64,000 nt of DNA, taken from the NCBI RefSeq assembly GCF_006345805.1, contig NC_043014.1:38626001-38690000 (forward strand). Direction: 5' to 3'. This document shows, one piece after another, positions 48,336-62,977 of the stretch. Below the pieces are notes generated by a model. It saw only the letters and a program-made list of their open reading frames with translations, did no database searches and was not told the DNA's origin. This DNA is from Octopus sinensis (lineage: Eukaryota). The first letter of the stretch is position 1. Every line of letters begins with the position of its first letter. A program made the translations under genes and the position numbers.

Positions 48336-48552
48336 TTTTCACTCTTTTACTTGTTTCAGTCATTTGACTGTGGCCATACTGGACCACCGCCTTTTGTCAA
48401 GCAAATCGACCCCAGGACTTATTCTTTGTAAGCCAAGTATTTATTCTATCGGTTTCTTTTGCCAAAGCGCTAAGTTATGGGGATGTAAACACACCAGCAT
48501 CGGTTGTCAAGCAATGTTGGGGGGGGGGACAAACACAGGCACACAAACATAT

Positions 48553-48596
<44 letters not shown>

Positions 48597-48756
48597 GAAA
48601 GGCTTCTTTCAGTTTTCGTCTACCAAAGCCACTCACAAGGCTTTGGTCAGCCTGAGGCTATAGTAGAAGATACTTGCCCAAGGAGCCACGCAATGGGACT
48701 GAACCCAAAACCATGTGGTTCATAAGCAAGCTACTTACCACACAGCCACTCCTACA

Positions 48757-48760
<4 letters not shown>
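48336..48760 (-). mobile_element. SINE family A
   Basis: Full-length match; further copies at 35119(+), 53703-54075(-), 57601-57953(+) and 58071-58455(+). Confidence 0.87.
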
Positions 48761-48792
<32 letters not shown>

Positions 48793-49070
48793 ATGACATT
48801 AAATACTTAAAAGTTAAATGTCTAGGGATCAAGAATTATGTAATCAACTTCATTAGCTTGCAGCTGTTTCTGCTAGAAGTTGCAGTACACTCAGAGTTGA
48901 GTGCTTGTGCATCTCCTAATGCAAGTATATTTAGGAAGTTCATGCAAGTTTATTTAGGAAAGCATTTACAAAGATGAAAAAGACCAACATCGAAAACATA
49001 AAAATACATATAAGAAATCAAGTATCAAGTTTCAAGGGGAGAAGCCACTCTCAGAAATACGTAGGTTCTA

Positions 49071-49150
<80 letters not shown>

Positions 49151-49654
49151 TGAATAGTCAATAAAAATTTTATCTAAAATAACAAAAATGACAAAATACA
49201 TGAAAATGGTATTAGTTTAACATTTTGAAGGTTATACATTTGCAATCCAGGAGCAGAGGGATGGTAAAATGAGATGGTAAAACCCTACAACCCCAAAGAT
49301 CTGACTAAAGAAAATCGATTACATCACATTACTGATATTACACATTTTATCAGTGCTATCCAAAAATGTTATCAAGGTACTCTCTGCCATTGGAGCATAT
49401 CATTGTAACTAAAACAATACACGGTGTTGTCCATAGAAAAAGCTGTGCCTATTATTGAATAAAAAATATTGACAGAACATTCTCAATGCAGTTTCCAGCA
49501 AGTGCAAACATAACAGATCTGATATAGTTGTTTGAGATAGAAAGGAAAAATTATGTACAGTCAAGAAGGTCAGCTGCCCTACACAGAAATAAAATATTTA
49601 TGGATGCAGGCATCAATGCATGGTTTAAAAAAACTCAATTTTCATTTTGCAACT

Positions 49655-50789
49655 AAATTCAAATGGAAATTGTAGTTAAGACACTCAGTGCTGGTGACAT
49701 GTAAAAGCACCGTTCGAGCGTGGCAGTTACTAGCGTCGCTTGACTGGCTTCCGTCTCGGTGACACGTAAAAGCACCAACCGATCATGGCAGTTACTAGCG
49801 TTGCCTGACTGGCGTCCGTCTTGGTGACACGTAAAAGCACCAACCGATCATGGCAGTTACTAGCGTTGCCTGACTGGCGTCTGTCTTGGTGACACGTAAA
49901 AGCACCAAAGATCATGGCATGTCAGTTACTAGCGTTGCCTGACTGGCGTCTGTCTTGGTGACACGTAAAAGCACCAACCGATCGTGGCAGTTACTAGCGT
50001 TGCCTGACTGGCGTCTGTCTTGGTGACACGTAAAAGCACCAACCGATCGTGGCAGTTACTAGCGTTGCCTGACTGGCGTCCGTCTTGGTGACACGTAAAA
50101 GCACCAACCGATCGTGGCAGTTACTAGCGTTGCCTGACTGGCGTCCGTCTTGGTGACACGTAAAAGCACCAACCGATCGTGGCAGTTACTAGCGTTGCCT
50201 GACTGGCGTCCGTCTTGGTGACACGTAAAAGCACCAACCGATCATGGCAGTTACTAGCGTTGCCTGACTGGCGTCCGTCTTGGTGACACGTAAAAGCACC
50301 AACCGATCGTGACAGTTACTAGCGTTGCCTGACTGGCGTCCGTCTTGGTGACACGTAAAAGCACCAACCGATCGTGGCGGTTACTAGCGTTGCCTGACTG
50401 GCGTTCGTCTTGGTGACATGTAAAAGCACCAACCGATCGTGGCGGTTACTAGCGTTGCCTGACTGGCGTCCGTCTTGGTGACACGTAAAAGCACCAACCG
50501 ATCGTGGCGGTTACTAGCGTTGCCTGACTGGCGTTCGTCTTGGTGACATGTAAAAGCACCAACTGATTGTGGCCGTTTGCCAGCCTGTGCTGGCTCCTGT
50601 GCCGGTGGCACGTAAAAAACACCCACTACACTCACGGAGTGGTTGGCATTAGGAAGGGCATCCAGCTGTAGAAACACTGCCAAATCAGGCTGGAGCCTGG
50701 TGCAGCCTCCATGGCTTACCAGACCCCAGTCAAACCATCTAACCCATGCTAGCATGGAAAACGGACATTAAATGATGATGATGATGATG
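49655..50789 (+). mobile_element. RTE-type 3' UTR fragment containing a 65-bp tandem array (about 13-14 units, 49695-50575)
   Basis: Unit GACACGTAAAAGCACCAACCGATCGTGGCAGTTACTAGCGTTGCCTGACTGGCGTCCGTCTTGGT; ends in (GAT)n. Confidence 0.9.
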
Positions 50790-51231
50790 TAGTTTTGGGT
50801 TCAGTCCTACTGAGTGGCACATCGAGCAAGTGTCTTCTACTATAATCTCAAGTCAGTCAATGCCTTACGATCAAATTTGGTAGATGGAAACCATATGAAA
50901 GTCAACCACGCCCACATGTGTGCATGCATGTGCAGGTTTCCCATGTTCAGCCCACTGCAAGATGAAGGTTTCAGCGTGTTCTCTCCACCAACCAGTCTAA
51001 TGTGCAAGTCATGGATTTGAGCTTGCAATCAAACTGGTTTGATGAGCTTACTACTCTTCCACAGAGACTCAACACGGCTTGGCAGAGGGATGCAGTTTTT
51101 ATACTCTTGCTAAGAAGTAGCTATGTCAATTACAGCACTCAAAGGATGGACAAAATACTGCAAAGTGTTTGCCCAGTATGCTAATGATTCTGCCAACTCA
51201 CCTTATATATAAATATATAATAAATAAATAA

Positions 51232-51262
<31 letters not shown>

Positions 51263-51569
51263 CGGCATACGTACACTTTGTTCTCTTATATATATATATA
51301 TGTGTGTGTTATCAGGTATGTGCATATGACATACACTCAGACACAAAATTTAGTCACACACATGGTCAAGTAGCAAAGAGGTAAGTGCACTCATTAGAGG
51401 AATGCAAGTATATCCACACTTACACGTTCATAGATGTGCATATTAACTAACTCACATATTCACAAATTCCTGGCGGCTATCTTGACTTAAAACACAGAAG
51501 TATTGTCTCTGTATTAATGACCATTATGAAGTTTGTGAAGAACAACATGTGTAAATCTCAAAGAAAAAC

Positions 51570-52932
51570 CTACCTACCTACCTACATACATATATATACA
51601 TTTATATACATACATATTTATATACATTCATATATACATATACACACACACATATATACATATATAGGCATATACATACATGTACAGATATACACAATAC
51701 ATATATATACATATATATGCATTCAGATACACACACACATATATATACATCTATATGCATACAGATACATACACACACATATACATATATATGCATACAC
51801 ATACACACACATATATATGCATACACACACACATATGTATATGCATACACATACATACACACACACACATACACATATATATGTATACACATACACACAC
51901 ACATATATACATATATATGTATATATATATACATATATATGCATACACATACATACACACACACACACAAACATATATAGACACATACACGCATATATAT
52001 ATAAGCATAAACATACATGCCTATATACAAATATAAATACAGTCATAAATACACATGCGAACATGTAAGCACACATGCACTTTGCAGAAGCACAGACACA
52101 CAGACAGATTTATTTGCAGAAAAACACATACCTTTCAGGAATACAATAAAACACTTTCAGCATAAGGTTCACAGTAAGAAGTAGAAGAACAAGCAATGAT
52201 GGAAGAGCTCTCAACACATGATGCTATAATCATAAAACACACACACTCATGCATGCACTCGCGCACTCACGCACACACCTGCGTATGCACGCACACTCAC
52301 GTACACACACAACATACACACATGTTACATGAAGAAAACTAAATTCTACAGAAATATTTTGCTTGTTTATCTGAAAAGAATCTACTGTACTCAGATCTCC
52401 ACAAGATAACTACACATATATATGTGCACATACATACATATATACTCACATACATGTGCACATATACATACTTATATACTCACATACATGTGCACATATA
52501 CATACTTATATATACACATACACACTTGTACATATATATATATATATACATACACATATATATATATACACATATATACATACACATATATATATATGTA
52601 CACACAAATGTATATATATACACATATTTGTACATATATATATATACACATGTATATATATACATATTTGTGCATATATATATATATATATATACATATA
52701 TATACATACACATATTTATTCTTACATACATGTATATACATATATAAAACATTTGTACATACATACATATATATATACACACACATATATTTGTACATAT
52801 ATACACATACACATACATATTTATACACACATATATATATACATATATACATATATTTAAATACATGCATAAATATACATAAATACATAGATATATATCT
52901 AAATATATATACATACATATATTTATACATAT

Positions 52933-52993
<61 letters not shown>

Positions 52994-53080
52994 TTTATAC
53001 ATATACACACATATATATACATATAAATACATATATTTACACACATATATCATGTATATTGTATATTTATACGTATGTAT
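51570..53080. repeat. Compound (TA)n/(CA)n microsatellite fields
   Basis: Direct reading. Confidence 0.95.
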
Positions 53081-55419
53081 TTGGCTACAAATCTAAAGAT
53101 CTGAAGAAAGCTCTTAGCAATAATTATGCCAAAACCAATCAAATCTGTATTTCTCCGGACAAAAGAGAAAGAGAGAGCAACCAAAAACTAAATAAAATAA
53201 ATCAATTATTTCTTCTTATCTCCATGTATAATAATTCTACAGCAAACAGTTCTCCATTGTTGTAACTTCTGGTGTATTGGTGTCTGATTTTTACAAGCCG
53301 ACCTTTCTTGAGTGTTCATCATCTGCCGTTTCTTTTCTCTCTTTTCTTGCTTTTCCTTTCATTATTTTTCTTATATTTTGTCTGAAAAATGAAGATCAGG
53401 AGAAGTTGCAGCCTGACCAACCTAATCCTAAACTAAATAAGAGGTCAGAAGTTCATATTCTGTCTTTGGTTATAGCAGGCACTTTTATGTTACCATCTTA
53501 CCATTGTGGATGGAAAAATGGAGAAAGACATTGGGATTTTTCAATAAACAAGACAAGCTACATTCCAACTAGTTTGTGGATGGAGGCAACAAAGAAGAAA
53601 AACGACTGAAGAAGAAGAAAAATGATTGAAAAGGAAGGCAAAAAAATGAGAAGAGGAAGAAAACAAAAACCGAGAAGAAGAAGAGGAAAAAGAAGAATTC
53701 TTGCATCTTTTGTTTCAGTCATTAGACTGCGGCCATGCTGGGGCACCACCTTGAAGTATTTTTAGTTCAATGAATCGACCCCAGTGCTAATTTTTTTTTT
53801 TAAGCCTGGTACTTATTCTATTGGTCTCTTTTACCAAACTGCTAAGTTACAGGGACATAAACAGACCAGCATTGGTTGTTAAGTGGTTTGGGTGGCAAGA
53901 CAAAAAAACACACACACATACACACATATGATGGGTTCTTTCAGTTTCCATCTACCAAAGCCACTCATAGGGTTTTGATCAGCCCAAGACTATGGTAGAA
54001 GACACTTGCCCAATGTGCCACGCAGTGGGACCGGACCCTCAACCATGTAGTTGGGAAGCAAGCTCCTTACCATACTGCTGAGAAGAAGAAGAAGAAGAAG
54101 AAGAAGAAGAAGAAGAAGAAGAAGAAGAAGAAGAGGGAGAAGAAGAGGGAGAAGAAGAGGGAGAAGAAGAAGAAGAAGTAGAAGAAGAAGAAGAAGAGGG
54201 AGAAGAAGAGGGAGAAGAAGAAGTCAGGAGATCCAACTTAATTCTATAGACAAATAGAGTACCTTAAAACTAATGAGCTGTGATTGAGCAGATCAAAATG
54301 ATTATATCTTGGACTACATTACCTAGTGTATTCATTTTTAATCAGATCAACCAAGATTTAAAAGAGATTTGGCAGCTATTTCTAGCATGTCGGATAACCA
54401 CTTAGAGCTTCTCTTACTGGGTTGCCTGGTGGTGGTTGTTGAATAGCCCTAAGTCAGCTCAGATGAAGCAAACCTAAAATCAAAGGCATTCCAACCAAGA
54501 CCATCCATTCTTTTTCATGCCTCACAATTTCAAGAGAGCAGCATCCAATGTGATCTTCAGTTTTATTTTTACGGAGGAGGGGATTATGAAATAGAAGATA
54601 AAGTATAATTTGAGGTAACTTTTGCTGCTATTTCTAGCAGGCTTAGTGACCATATATAGCCTTCTCCATTATTTCTTCAGATTAAGGCACTGAGCTGGCA
54701 GAATAGTTAGCACAGCAGACAAAATGCTTAGCAGCATTTTGTCCATATTTACATTCTGCTTTCAAATTCTGCCATGGTCAAATTTATCTTTCATCTTCTG
54801 GGAGTTGATAAAATAAGTACAACTAGAGCACTGCAACTGATGCAACTGACCGGCCCCCTACCAGAAAATTTCGGCCCTTGTGCCACAATAGAAATAATTA
54901 TTTCTTCAGATTTTCATGAATTGCTGTTGATTAGTTGTAATTCAGCACTGGTCAAATTGACATCTATTTTTTGTTTGAACATTTTACCAGGATCTTATCA
55001 TCTAATGAGACCTATTTTTAAGGTAGGCATGATTTTTAAGATTTGGCTGCTATATCTAGCAGGCCAACCATCCACATAGAAACTGCCTAACTGGTTCATC
55101 AAGTCTTTGTTAGACTAGCTCAGGTGTTTTTAACTCTCTTGTTGCCATATTTCTGTTGAGATGCTCTGTGTTTCTTTCAATTAATTCTAAATATAACAAA
55201 GAATTTAGTAAAATAACTTAGTTATCATTAAGCTAGTGTTAGGAACATAAATTGTGACTAAGGTTTGGTGGAAGATTTTAATTCAAAACTTTTGAAAACA
55301 AGAAATTTGTACTACAGAGCCATTTTTTGGTTTTATCTGTCTTTAAAAAAAAAATACAACCAAATATACATGGCCGCAGTCAAATGACTGAAACAAGTAA
55401 AAGAGTATGAGTGTGGACG

Positions 55420-55740
55420 TATAGGAGAATGTTTTCAGTCACTTACAAAGACCATTAGACAAAATGAATGGATGTTACAAGTAGGTGAGAGACGATGACA
55501 ACTCCTGAACATTGTGTAAAAACACAAGAGCTTGTTTATTATGGCCATATTCGAAGGAAAGGAAGACCAGAGGGCAGTAGTAGTTCAAGAGGCAAGTAAA
55601 GAATGCAATGAATGGACAATTCCACAAGCTGGTTGGACAAGAGAGGCAAGGCAGCTGGAGAACTTGTGCTCAATCGAGAAGACTTTTGTTTAAGTATCAT
55701 CAATGCACTACAGACATATACATGACACTGACAATCGCGA
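55420..55740 (+). pseudogene. Highly decayed RTE LINE 3' remnant
   Basis: Fragments such as ELVYYGHIRRKGRP. Confidence 0.45.
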
Positions 55741-56197
55741 GATCTTCCTGTCATGCCAATGTAACGTTTATGCATTTCTACTGGTCTGGGTTCTATAGGT
55801 GACTTCTATCTCACAAAATTTAGCTGCTATGTTGCAGGATTTGTCATATGGGAAAGTGTTAAGGATCTTGCATTAAGCATGTACCTTTGACTCAGTTGGT
55901 AACTATGTGTGATATTATGTTTTTAAATGAACATCGGCCCTTGAAGGAGATGACAGAGGATTTGAGATATGTGGAACATTGCTGTACTCAAGAAGACCTA
56001 CCCATCACAGCTGAATTGAGATCCTAAAATTATGGTGCCACATAAAAAGCATAGGTGCTGGTGCCAGTTAAAAATGCACCCAATATACTCTGTAAAGTAG
56101 CTGGTGTTAAGGAGGACATCCAGCTGTAGATACCAAGCCAAAACAGACTCTCTCCAGAAAATATTATAAACACAATGTCAGGGTTCTGGCATTGCAA

Positions 56198-56590
56198 TCT
56201 CTATATATAAAGCTGAAGTTGTCTGTGCGTGGCAGGTTTGGTAGCCTTCAACTAACACTATCTCCTCCGAGACCCTGCGGCGCAAGTTGACCAAAATTGA
56301 GAGTATGATACAAGAAGGCTTGTTCTTCATTCCATAGAAGATAAAATTCAAATCAGACCATGTTAAGACCAAAAATTATTTACATCAAAAAGGTGCTTTT
56401 TTTTTTCTATGAAAATCCCTATTTTTTACGATTTTTTGACTGCTGTGTCACCATTTTTCGGTGTATTTCAACCAGAAAAACGTTCCCTTAAAGAGAATAA
56501 CAAGCTACATAAAGCAAAAGTTTTACTTTTCAAAAATTCCAATTCTAAAGAGTTGAAACAAACCTGAGCAACACCAGGGAATACTGCTAG
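56198..56590 (+). mobile_element. Non-autonomous Helitron
   Basis: A|TCTCTATATATAAAG 5' end, hairpin CCTG-AGCAACAC-CAGG, 3' CTAG|T. Confidence 0.87.
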
Positions 56591-57094
56591 TACCCTATAA
56601 AATGAGCTAATGGATTGCAGTCATCTATCACACAAAATTGCTTCTCAGAGTTATTAGTATTTTCTAAGGTAACAATGAATAAGAATAACAGTTATTTCAT
56701 ATGAAATAACATCAATCAGGAGTGGCATAGCTAATAAGGGAGAAATTGCCCCTGTGAGCACATTTTTCAAAATTGGTAACCTTTCGACAATTTATTTTTT
56801 TTTAACTCTTTAGTTAACTTGTGCAATAAAAGTCAAATCTATTTTTATTATTATTATTTTTTTTTTGTTCTGCTAATTGGACGGCATAGGAAGAGCTATC
56901 TGGAGTCATTACTTTAGTTGATCAATCTCCTGCATTTTTGAACTGTCAACTCAACCTCCTGTGACATGCTGACGGCCACTGACATCTCAAGAACCAAAAT
57001 AAAACCTGACATCATGAACTTTTGACACTGGACAATCCTGTAGAGTTTCATCTTCGTCACACCTACATCAGAAGTTGTAAGTTTCATACATAAT

Positions 57095-57482
57095 GGATGG
57101 AAGCACTCCGTCGGTTACGATGACGAGGGTTCTGGTTGATCCGAATCAACGGAACAGCCTGCTCGTGAAATTAACGTGTAAGTGGCTGAGCACTCCACAG
57201 ACACGTGTACCCTTAACGTAGCTCTCGGGGATATTCAGCGTGACACAAGGGAGTGACAAGGCCGGCCCTTTGAAATACAGGTACAACAGAAACAGGAAGT
57301 AAGAGTGAGAGAAAGTTGTGGTGAAAGAGTACAGCAGGGATCACCACCATCCCCTGCCGGAGCCTCGTGGAGCGTTAGGTGTTTTCGCTCAATAAACACT
57401 CACAACGCCTGGTCTGGGAATCGAAACTGCGATCCTATGACCGCGAGTCCGCTGCCCTAACCACTGGGCCATTGTGCCTCCA
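57095..57482 (-). mobile_element. tRNA-derived SINE (head H1 + tail T1)
   Basis: Inverted near-copy of 26587-26975. Confidence 0.88.
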
Positions 57483-58936
57483 TCATACATAATGACATTG
57501 TTACTGAAACATGAAATTAATGAATGTAGAACACAATAACGTATATCATAACTGATGAAATATATCACTTAAGAGAAGTGAGTAAAAAATTGTTTCATAT
57601 AGGCGCAGGAGTGGCTGTGTGGTAAGTAGCTTGTTTACCAACCACATGGTTCCGGGTTCGGTCCCACTGTGTGGCACCTTGGTCAAGAGTCTTCTATAGC
57701 CTCAGGCCGACCAAAGCCTTGTGAGTGGATTTGGTAGATGGAAACTGAAAGAAGCCCGTCGTATATATGTGTGCGTGTATGTTTGTGTGTCTGTGTTTGT
57801 CCCCCTAGCATTGCTTGACAACCGACGGTGGTGTGTTTATGTCCCTGTCACTTAGCGGTTCGGCAAAATAGATCGATAGAATAAGTACTGGGCTTACAAA
57901 GAATAAGTCCCAGGGTCGAGTTGCTCGATTAAATGACTGAAACAAGTAAAAGGGAGATATGTGTCACAGCGCCTTTTTTTGCTTTTTTGCGCTCATTCCC
58001 ATAACTTTAGAACCAGGATACACCTCTGAGTGACAATGTTTGACTATAAATGTAAGCAAACTAACAATTGGTGCAGGAGTGGCTGTGTGGTAAGTAGCTT
58101 GCTTACCAACCACATGGTTCCGGGTTCAGTCCCACTGCATAGCACCTTGGGCAAGTGTCTCCTACTATAGCCTCGGGCCAACCAAAGCCTTGTGAGTGGA
58201 TTTGGTAGACAGAAACCAAAAGAAGCCCATTGTATATATGTATATATATATGCTTATGTGTTTGTCACCCCAACATCGCTTGACAACCGATGCTGGTGTG
58301 TTTACGTCCCCCGTATCTTAGCAGTTTGGCAAAAGAGACCGATAGAATAAGTACTAGGCTTACAAAGAATAAGTCCTGGGGTCAATTTGCTCGACTAAAG
58401 GTGGTGCTCCAGCATGGCCACAGTCAAATGACTGAAACAAGTAAAAGAGTAAAAGAATATACCAATCTCACTACACTTCATTAGCTTAAAGCCAGCAACT
58501 GTTGAGGTTAGACACTTTCATAATACTTTAACTTACCGCGAAATATTAAATTACTAGAAACAAACAATCTATTTTTGGTTGAATAGAAGTAAAACAGAAC
58601 TCGTTAATAAAACTGTTTTAACTTACAGTACAATATTTGTTTTAATTCATAAGCACATTCTATTGATGGTTTTAGAATTTTTAGATCACCATTACTACAA
58701 ACACAATGGAGTCACAGAGAAGACATGCATACGCAATTTGCCAAGGAAATGGCAACAGAGCTACTGCAAGGCATTTTGGCCAACATCCAACTGAGAAAAC
58801 TATTACATGAATGGCAAAGGCAAGAGGTAAAATTTCAGCAAACAGTGAAAATCAAAGCACATCGTTTGCATATAAAAGAGAGGCTAGATGGGTGGAACTT
58901 GGAACTGGCAGAGGATATGATGGCTTGGGAGATTAT

Positions 58937-59400
58937 AAATAAGGTTTAATGTTAATATGACAAAACAAATAATTTCCGAAGCTAAAGTAAATACAAGAGG
59001 GAGGAGGAGGAGGAGGAGAACAAGGAGAAGGAAGAGGAGGGGGGAGAGGAGGAGGAGGGGGACAAGGAGAAGGGAAGGGAAGAGGACAAGGACGAGGTGG
59101 AGGAAGGGGAAGAGGACAAGGACGAGGTGGAGGAAGGGGAAGAGGACAAAGACGAGCAAGAGGAGGAGGAGGAAGGGGAGGACGAGGAGGAAGGGGACAA
59201 GGAGGAGGAGGGGGACAAGGAGGAGGACGGGGAGGAGGAGGAAGTGTCTCACTCAAAGAAATAAAGGTTTAATATTAACATGACTGAACAAATAATTTCT
59301 GAAGCTAAAGTAAATACAATGGTGAAAAAGCCTGCTGATTTTTCTGGTACCAAGGGCTGGTTTTGCTGATTCATGAAAAGAAATAGAATAGCAAATAAGT
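58937..59400 (+). pseudogene. pogo/Tigger-like HTH remnant with duplicated 60 bp around a GA-rich tract
   Basis: EQIISEAK...FSGTKGWF.*FMKR resembles the CENP-B-type F.AS.GW..RF..R motif; short. Confidence 0.4.
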
Positions 59401-59520
59401 GAAAGAAAAAAAAAATCAGAAAGCTTCAATTTATTGGTCATTAAGTTATGGGTCCATAAACAAAACCAACACCAGTCGTTAGAGGTAAGGAGGATAAACA
59501 CAAACATGTATATAGATATA

Positions 59521-60860
59521 TATCATCATTTAACGTCTACTTTCCATGCTGGCATGGGTTGGACGGTTTGACTGGGGGCTGGCAAGCCAGAAGGCTGTAC
59601 CAGGTGCCAATCCAATCTGGCAAAGTTTCTACAGCTGGATGCCCTTCCTAATGCCAACCACTCCGAGAGTGTAGTGGGTGTTTTTTACATGCCATCAACA
59701 CAAGGGCTAGTCAGGTGGTACTGGCATCAACCTCATTCAAATGGTGCTTTTTACATGCCACCAGCATCAGAGCCAGTCAAGCAGCACTGGCATCAACCAT
59801 GCTCGAATGGTGCTTTTAACGTGCCACTGGCACAGGTGTCAATCAGGCAGTACTGTCATCGGCCACAGCAACAATTTCACTTGCCTCAACAGGTCTTCAC
59901 AAGCACAGTTTATTGCCCAATGACTGAAGAGTACTCTTAAATGGGCTGGTTATGCTGCACTGTCATAGGCCACGGTTACGGACTCACTTGGCTTGCCAGA
60001 TCTTCTCAAGCACAGCATATCTCCAAAGATATGTCATTGCCTTGGTGAGGCCCAATGTTTGAAGGTTGTGCTTCACCACCTCATCTCAGGTCTTCCTGGG
60101 TCTACCTCTTCCACAGGTTCCCTCTACTGCTAGAGTATGACACTTTTATACAAAGCTGTCCCCATCCATTTGCAACACATGACCATACCAGTGCAGTCAT
60201 CTCTCTTGCACACCACATCTGATGCTTCTTAAGTCCAACTTTTCTCTCAGAGCACTTACATTCTGTCATGTATGCCCATTGACATTACATATCCAGCAGA
60301 GCATACTGGCTTCATTCCTTGCAAGCTTATGCATGTCCTCAGCAGTAACGACCCAAGTTTCACTTCCATGTAGCATGGCTGTTTGCACACATGCATCATG
60401 CAGTCTACCTTTTACACTGAGCGAGAGGCCCTTTGTCACCAGCAGAGGTAGGAGCTCTCTGAACTCTGCCCAGGCTATTCTTATTCAAGCAGCTACACTT
60501 TCAGACTTGGTCACCTAGGTAATGGAAGCTATCAACTGCTTGTAGTTTTTTTCTCCTGAAATGTGACGGTAGCTGCTTTCTGCACATTTTCAGTGTTTAT
60601 TGCTCCTGAGCATTTGCCACATGCAAAAACTATCTTCCCAGTTAGCCTTGCTTTGATATTGCTGCACCTCTTATGTGTCCATAGCTTACACTGGGTACAT
60701 CTTATGGGGTTTCTACCTATGCCTTTTCTACAGATCAAGCAGGATCAGCTACTTGACGGGATTTGTGGTTTTTCTGCCTTCCTACTTATTAAGACTTTGG
60801 TTTTTGCTAGGTTGATTCTAAGGCCCTGTGTGAGATCCTTGGTACAGTTAGGTATATTAG
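59521..60860 (-). mobile_element. RTE-clade LINE 3' end, decayed (RT C-terminus with Cys-rich insert plus modular 3' UTR)
   Basis: Frameshifted LAKTKVL...ICRKGIGRNPIRCTQCKLWTHKRC...DSFHYLGD...MLHGSETW...WYGHV...GRGRPRKT; (GAT)n tail at 59521. Confidence 0.88.
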
Positions 60861-61249
60861 AAGAAAAAAAAGAACAACTTCACTGATTTGACCAGGGCTG
60901 ACTTGGGGTTTTAACAACCAATAACTTAAATGCTGCAGTTGTGAAACAAAAGAATGGAAGTCCCCATCAGACAACTGAAGCTGGGGATGGTCATAGCTGG
61001 AATGCCTTTCATTATAGATTTGTTAGACCAGGGCTGACTCGGGGTTTTAACAACCAATAGCTTAAACGTTGCAGTTGTGAGACAATGGCTGTTACAAAAT
61101 CAGAAACAAATGCATTTGCATTCATGTCGTTCTCTAATCAGTCACAGATTTGTGTCAATTTGACAGATTTCCCATTACCAAAAGAACTTATCTGATGTAA
61201 AACAAAATAAAAAAAAATATTTTTTTAAAGATATAGGGAAAGATATATA

Positions 61250-61485
61250 CTGAGAAGGGGGGGGAGGATGGCATAGAAAGGGAAGGAGAAGGTAGGAGGA
61301 TAAGGGAGAGGAGGAAGGAGAGAAGAAGAGGAAGGAGAGAGGAGGAACAGGGAGAGGAGGAGGATGAGAAAGGAGAGAGGAGGATGAGGAAGGAGAGAGG
61401 AGGAGTAGGAAGGGAGAAGGAGGAGGGAGGAGGAAGGATGATGAGGAAGAAGAGGGGGTGGAGGTGGTAGTGGCGGCGATGTTTC
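61250..61485 (+). repeat. Polypurine (GGA/GAG) tract
   Basis: Direct reading; similar tracts at 54075-54225 and 58997-59245. Confidence 0.9.
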
Positions 61486-62491
61486 ACTTAAAACTTGATA
61501 GATAGCTATATAGATAGATTAACTCTCCAGGAAGTTTCAGGAGGTGAGTGATAGAAGAGCAAGGTGCCAAGTGACAGCTATCTATTAATAGAGTAACAGT
61601 ATCAGATTGAACTCGTGACGTTTGGATTAATATTTTTTTCTTCTTTGTTATCTTTTAAATTTTGTTTATTAATTTGTTTCTGTTTGTTTGTTAGTTTGTT
61701 AAAGTTGTTGACACCACATTCCGCAACCCATCTTATTTAAAGCCGGATTGTGGTACTGACATGCAGCTTCACCTGTTGTGAATGTTATATTCTTTTCTTC
61801 TTCTACTTGTTTCAGTCATTTGACCACAGCCATACTAGAGCACCCCCTTGGAGGGTTTCTATCAAACAAATCTACCCCAGAACTTATTTTGACGCCTAGT
61901 ACTTATTCTGTTTCTTCATTATCCACAAGGGGCTAAATACAGAGGGGACAAACAAAGACAGACAAACGGATTAAGTCGATTACATCGACCCAGTGTGTAA
62001 CTGGTACTTAATTTATCAACCTCGAAAGGATGAAAGGCAAAGTCAACCTCGGCGGAATTTGAACTCAGAACGTAACAGCAGATGAGATACGGCTACGCAT
62101 TTCGCCCAGCGTGCTAACAGTTCTGCCAGCTCCAGTCACGTCTGATGAACCGTTAAGTTACAGGGATGTAAACACAGCAACACAGGTAGTCAAGCGGTGA
62201 TAGGGGTACAAAGACACACATACATAGACATGGCTGATGCTAGTGTCGCCTGACTGGTTCTTGTGCTGGTGACACGCAATAAGCACCATTCATGCATGGG
62301 TCATTGCCAGTTCCGCCTGAGTGACTTCTCATGTTGGTGGCACATAAAAAGCACCATTTGAATGTGGTCAATGCCAGCCACGCCTGGCTCCTGTGCTGGT
62401 AACACATAAAAGCACCATCCGAATGTGACCATTGCCGCCTGACTGGCTCCCATACCAGTGACAGGTGAAAAGCACCCACAATATATATATA

Positions 62492-62977
62492 TCTGTAAAT
62501 ATAATATGTGACAATTATTCAGTAGCCATGATAAAACACCAAGTTTCAGATGTTGGGGCGGAAACCACGCTGGCATCTCTTCAGTTATCAGTCCATCGAA
62601 AAAATGCTATGAAAATGACCATTAAACAAAGGGAAATTACTGTGTGATTGACCGTTATTAAGACAAAAGAGCTTTTTGAATGACCGCTAAATAATGGGAG
62701 GGAATCAAGGGAGTAAAAATGTTCATAGTAATCACATAAGCTCGCGTGCCCATACATACACATGCGCATCTGCACACCCACATACATGCATCTATATGTA
62801 TATACTCATCCACCCTCGCTTGAAACACACACATGCTCACCCACACATTCGCCAAAAAATATATATACATACCCGCATGCACGTTTGCACACACACGGCA
62901 TGGGTTTCCGCCCTGACATCTGAAACTCAGAGTTTTATCATGGCTACCGAAAAATTGTCACATATTAAATTTACAGA
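62492..62977. mobile_element. MITE with about 80-bp imperfect TIRs and TA TSD
   Basis: TCTGTAAAT(A/T)TAATATGTGACAAT...GTAGCCATGATAAAAC...GTTTCAGATGT..GGGCGGAAACC at both ends, inverted. Confidence 0.85.

Noticed and set aside
49695-50575. CRISPR-like appearance of the 65-bp and 135-bp arrays
   Set aside because: No unique spacers, units are wholly repeated, both derive from retroelements, no cas genes, eukaryotic context.
55695-55712. TGC ATT GAT GAT (CIDD) on the minus strand as PPP1R16 exon 3
   Set aside because: Upstream of exon 1, flanked by stops, and inside an RTE remnant.
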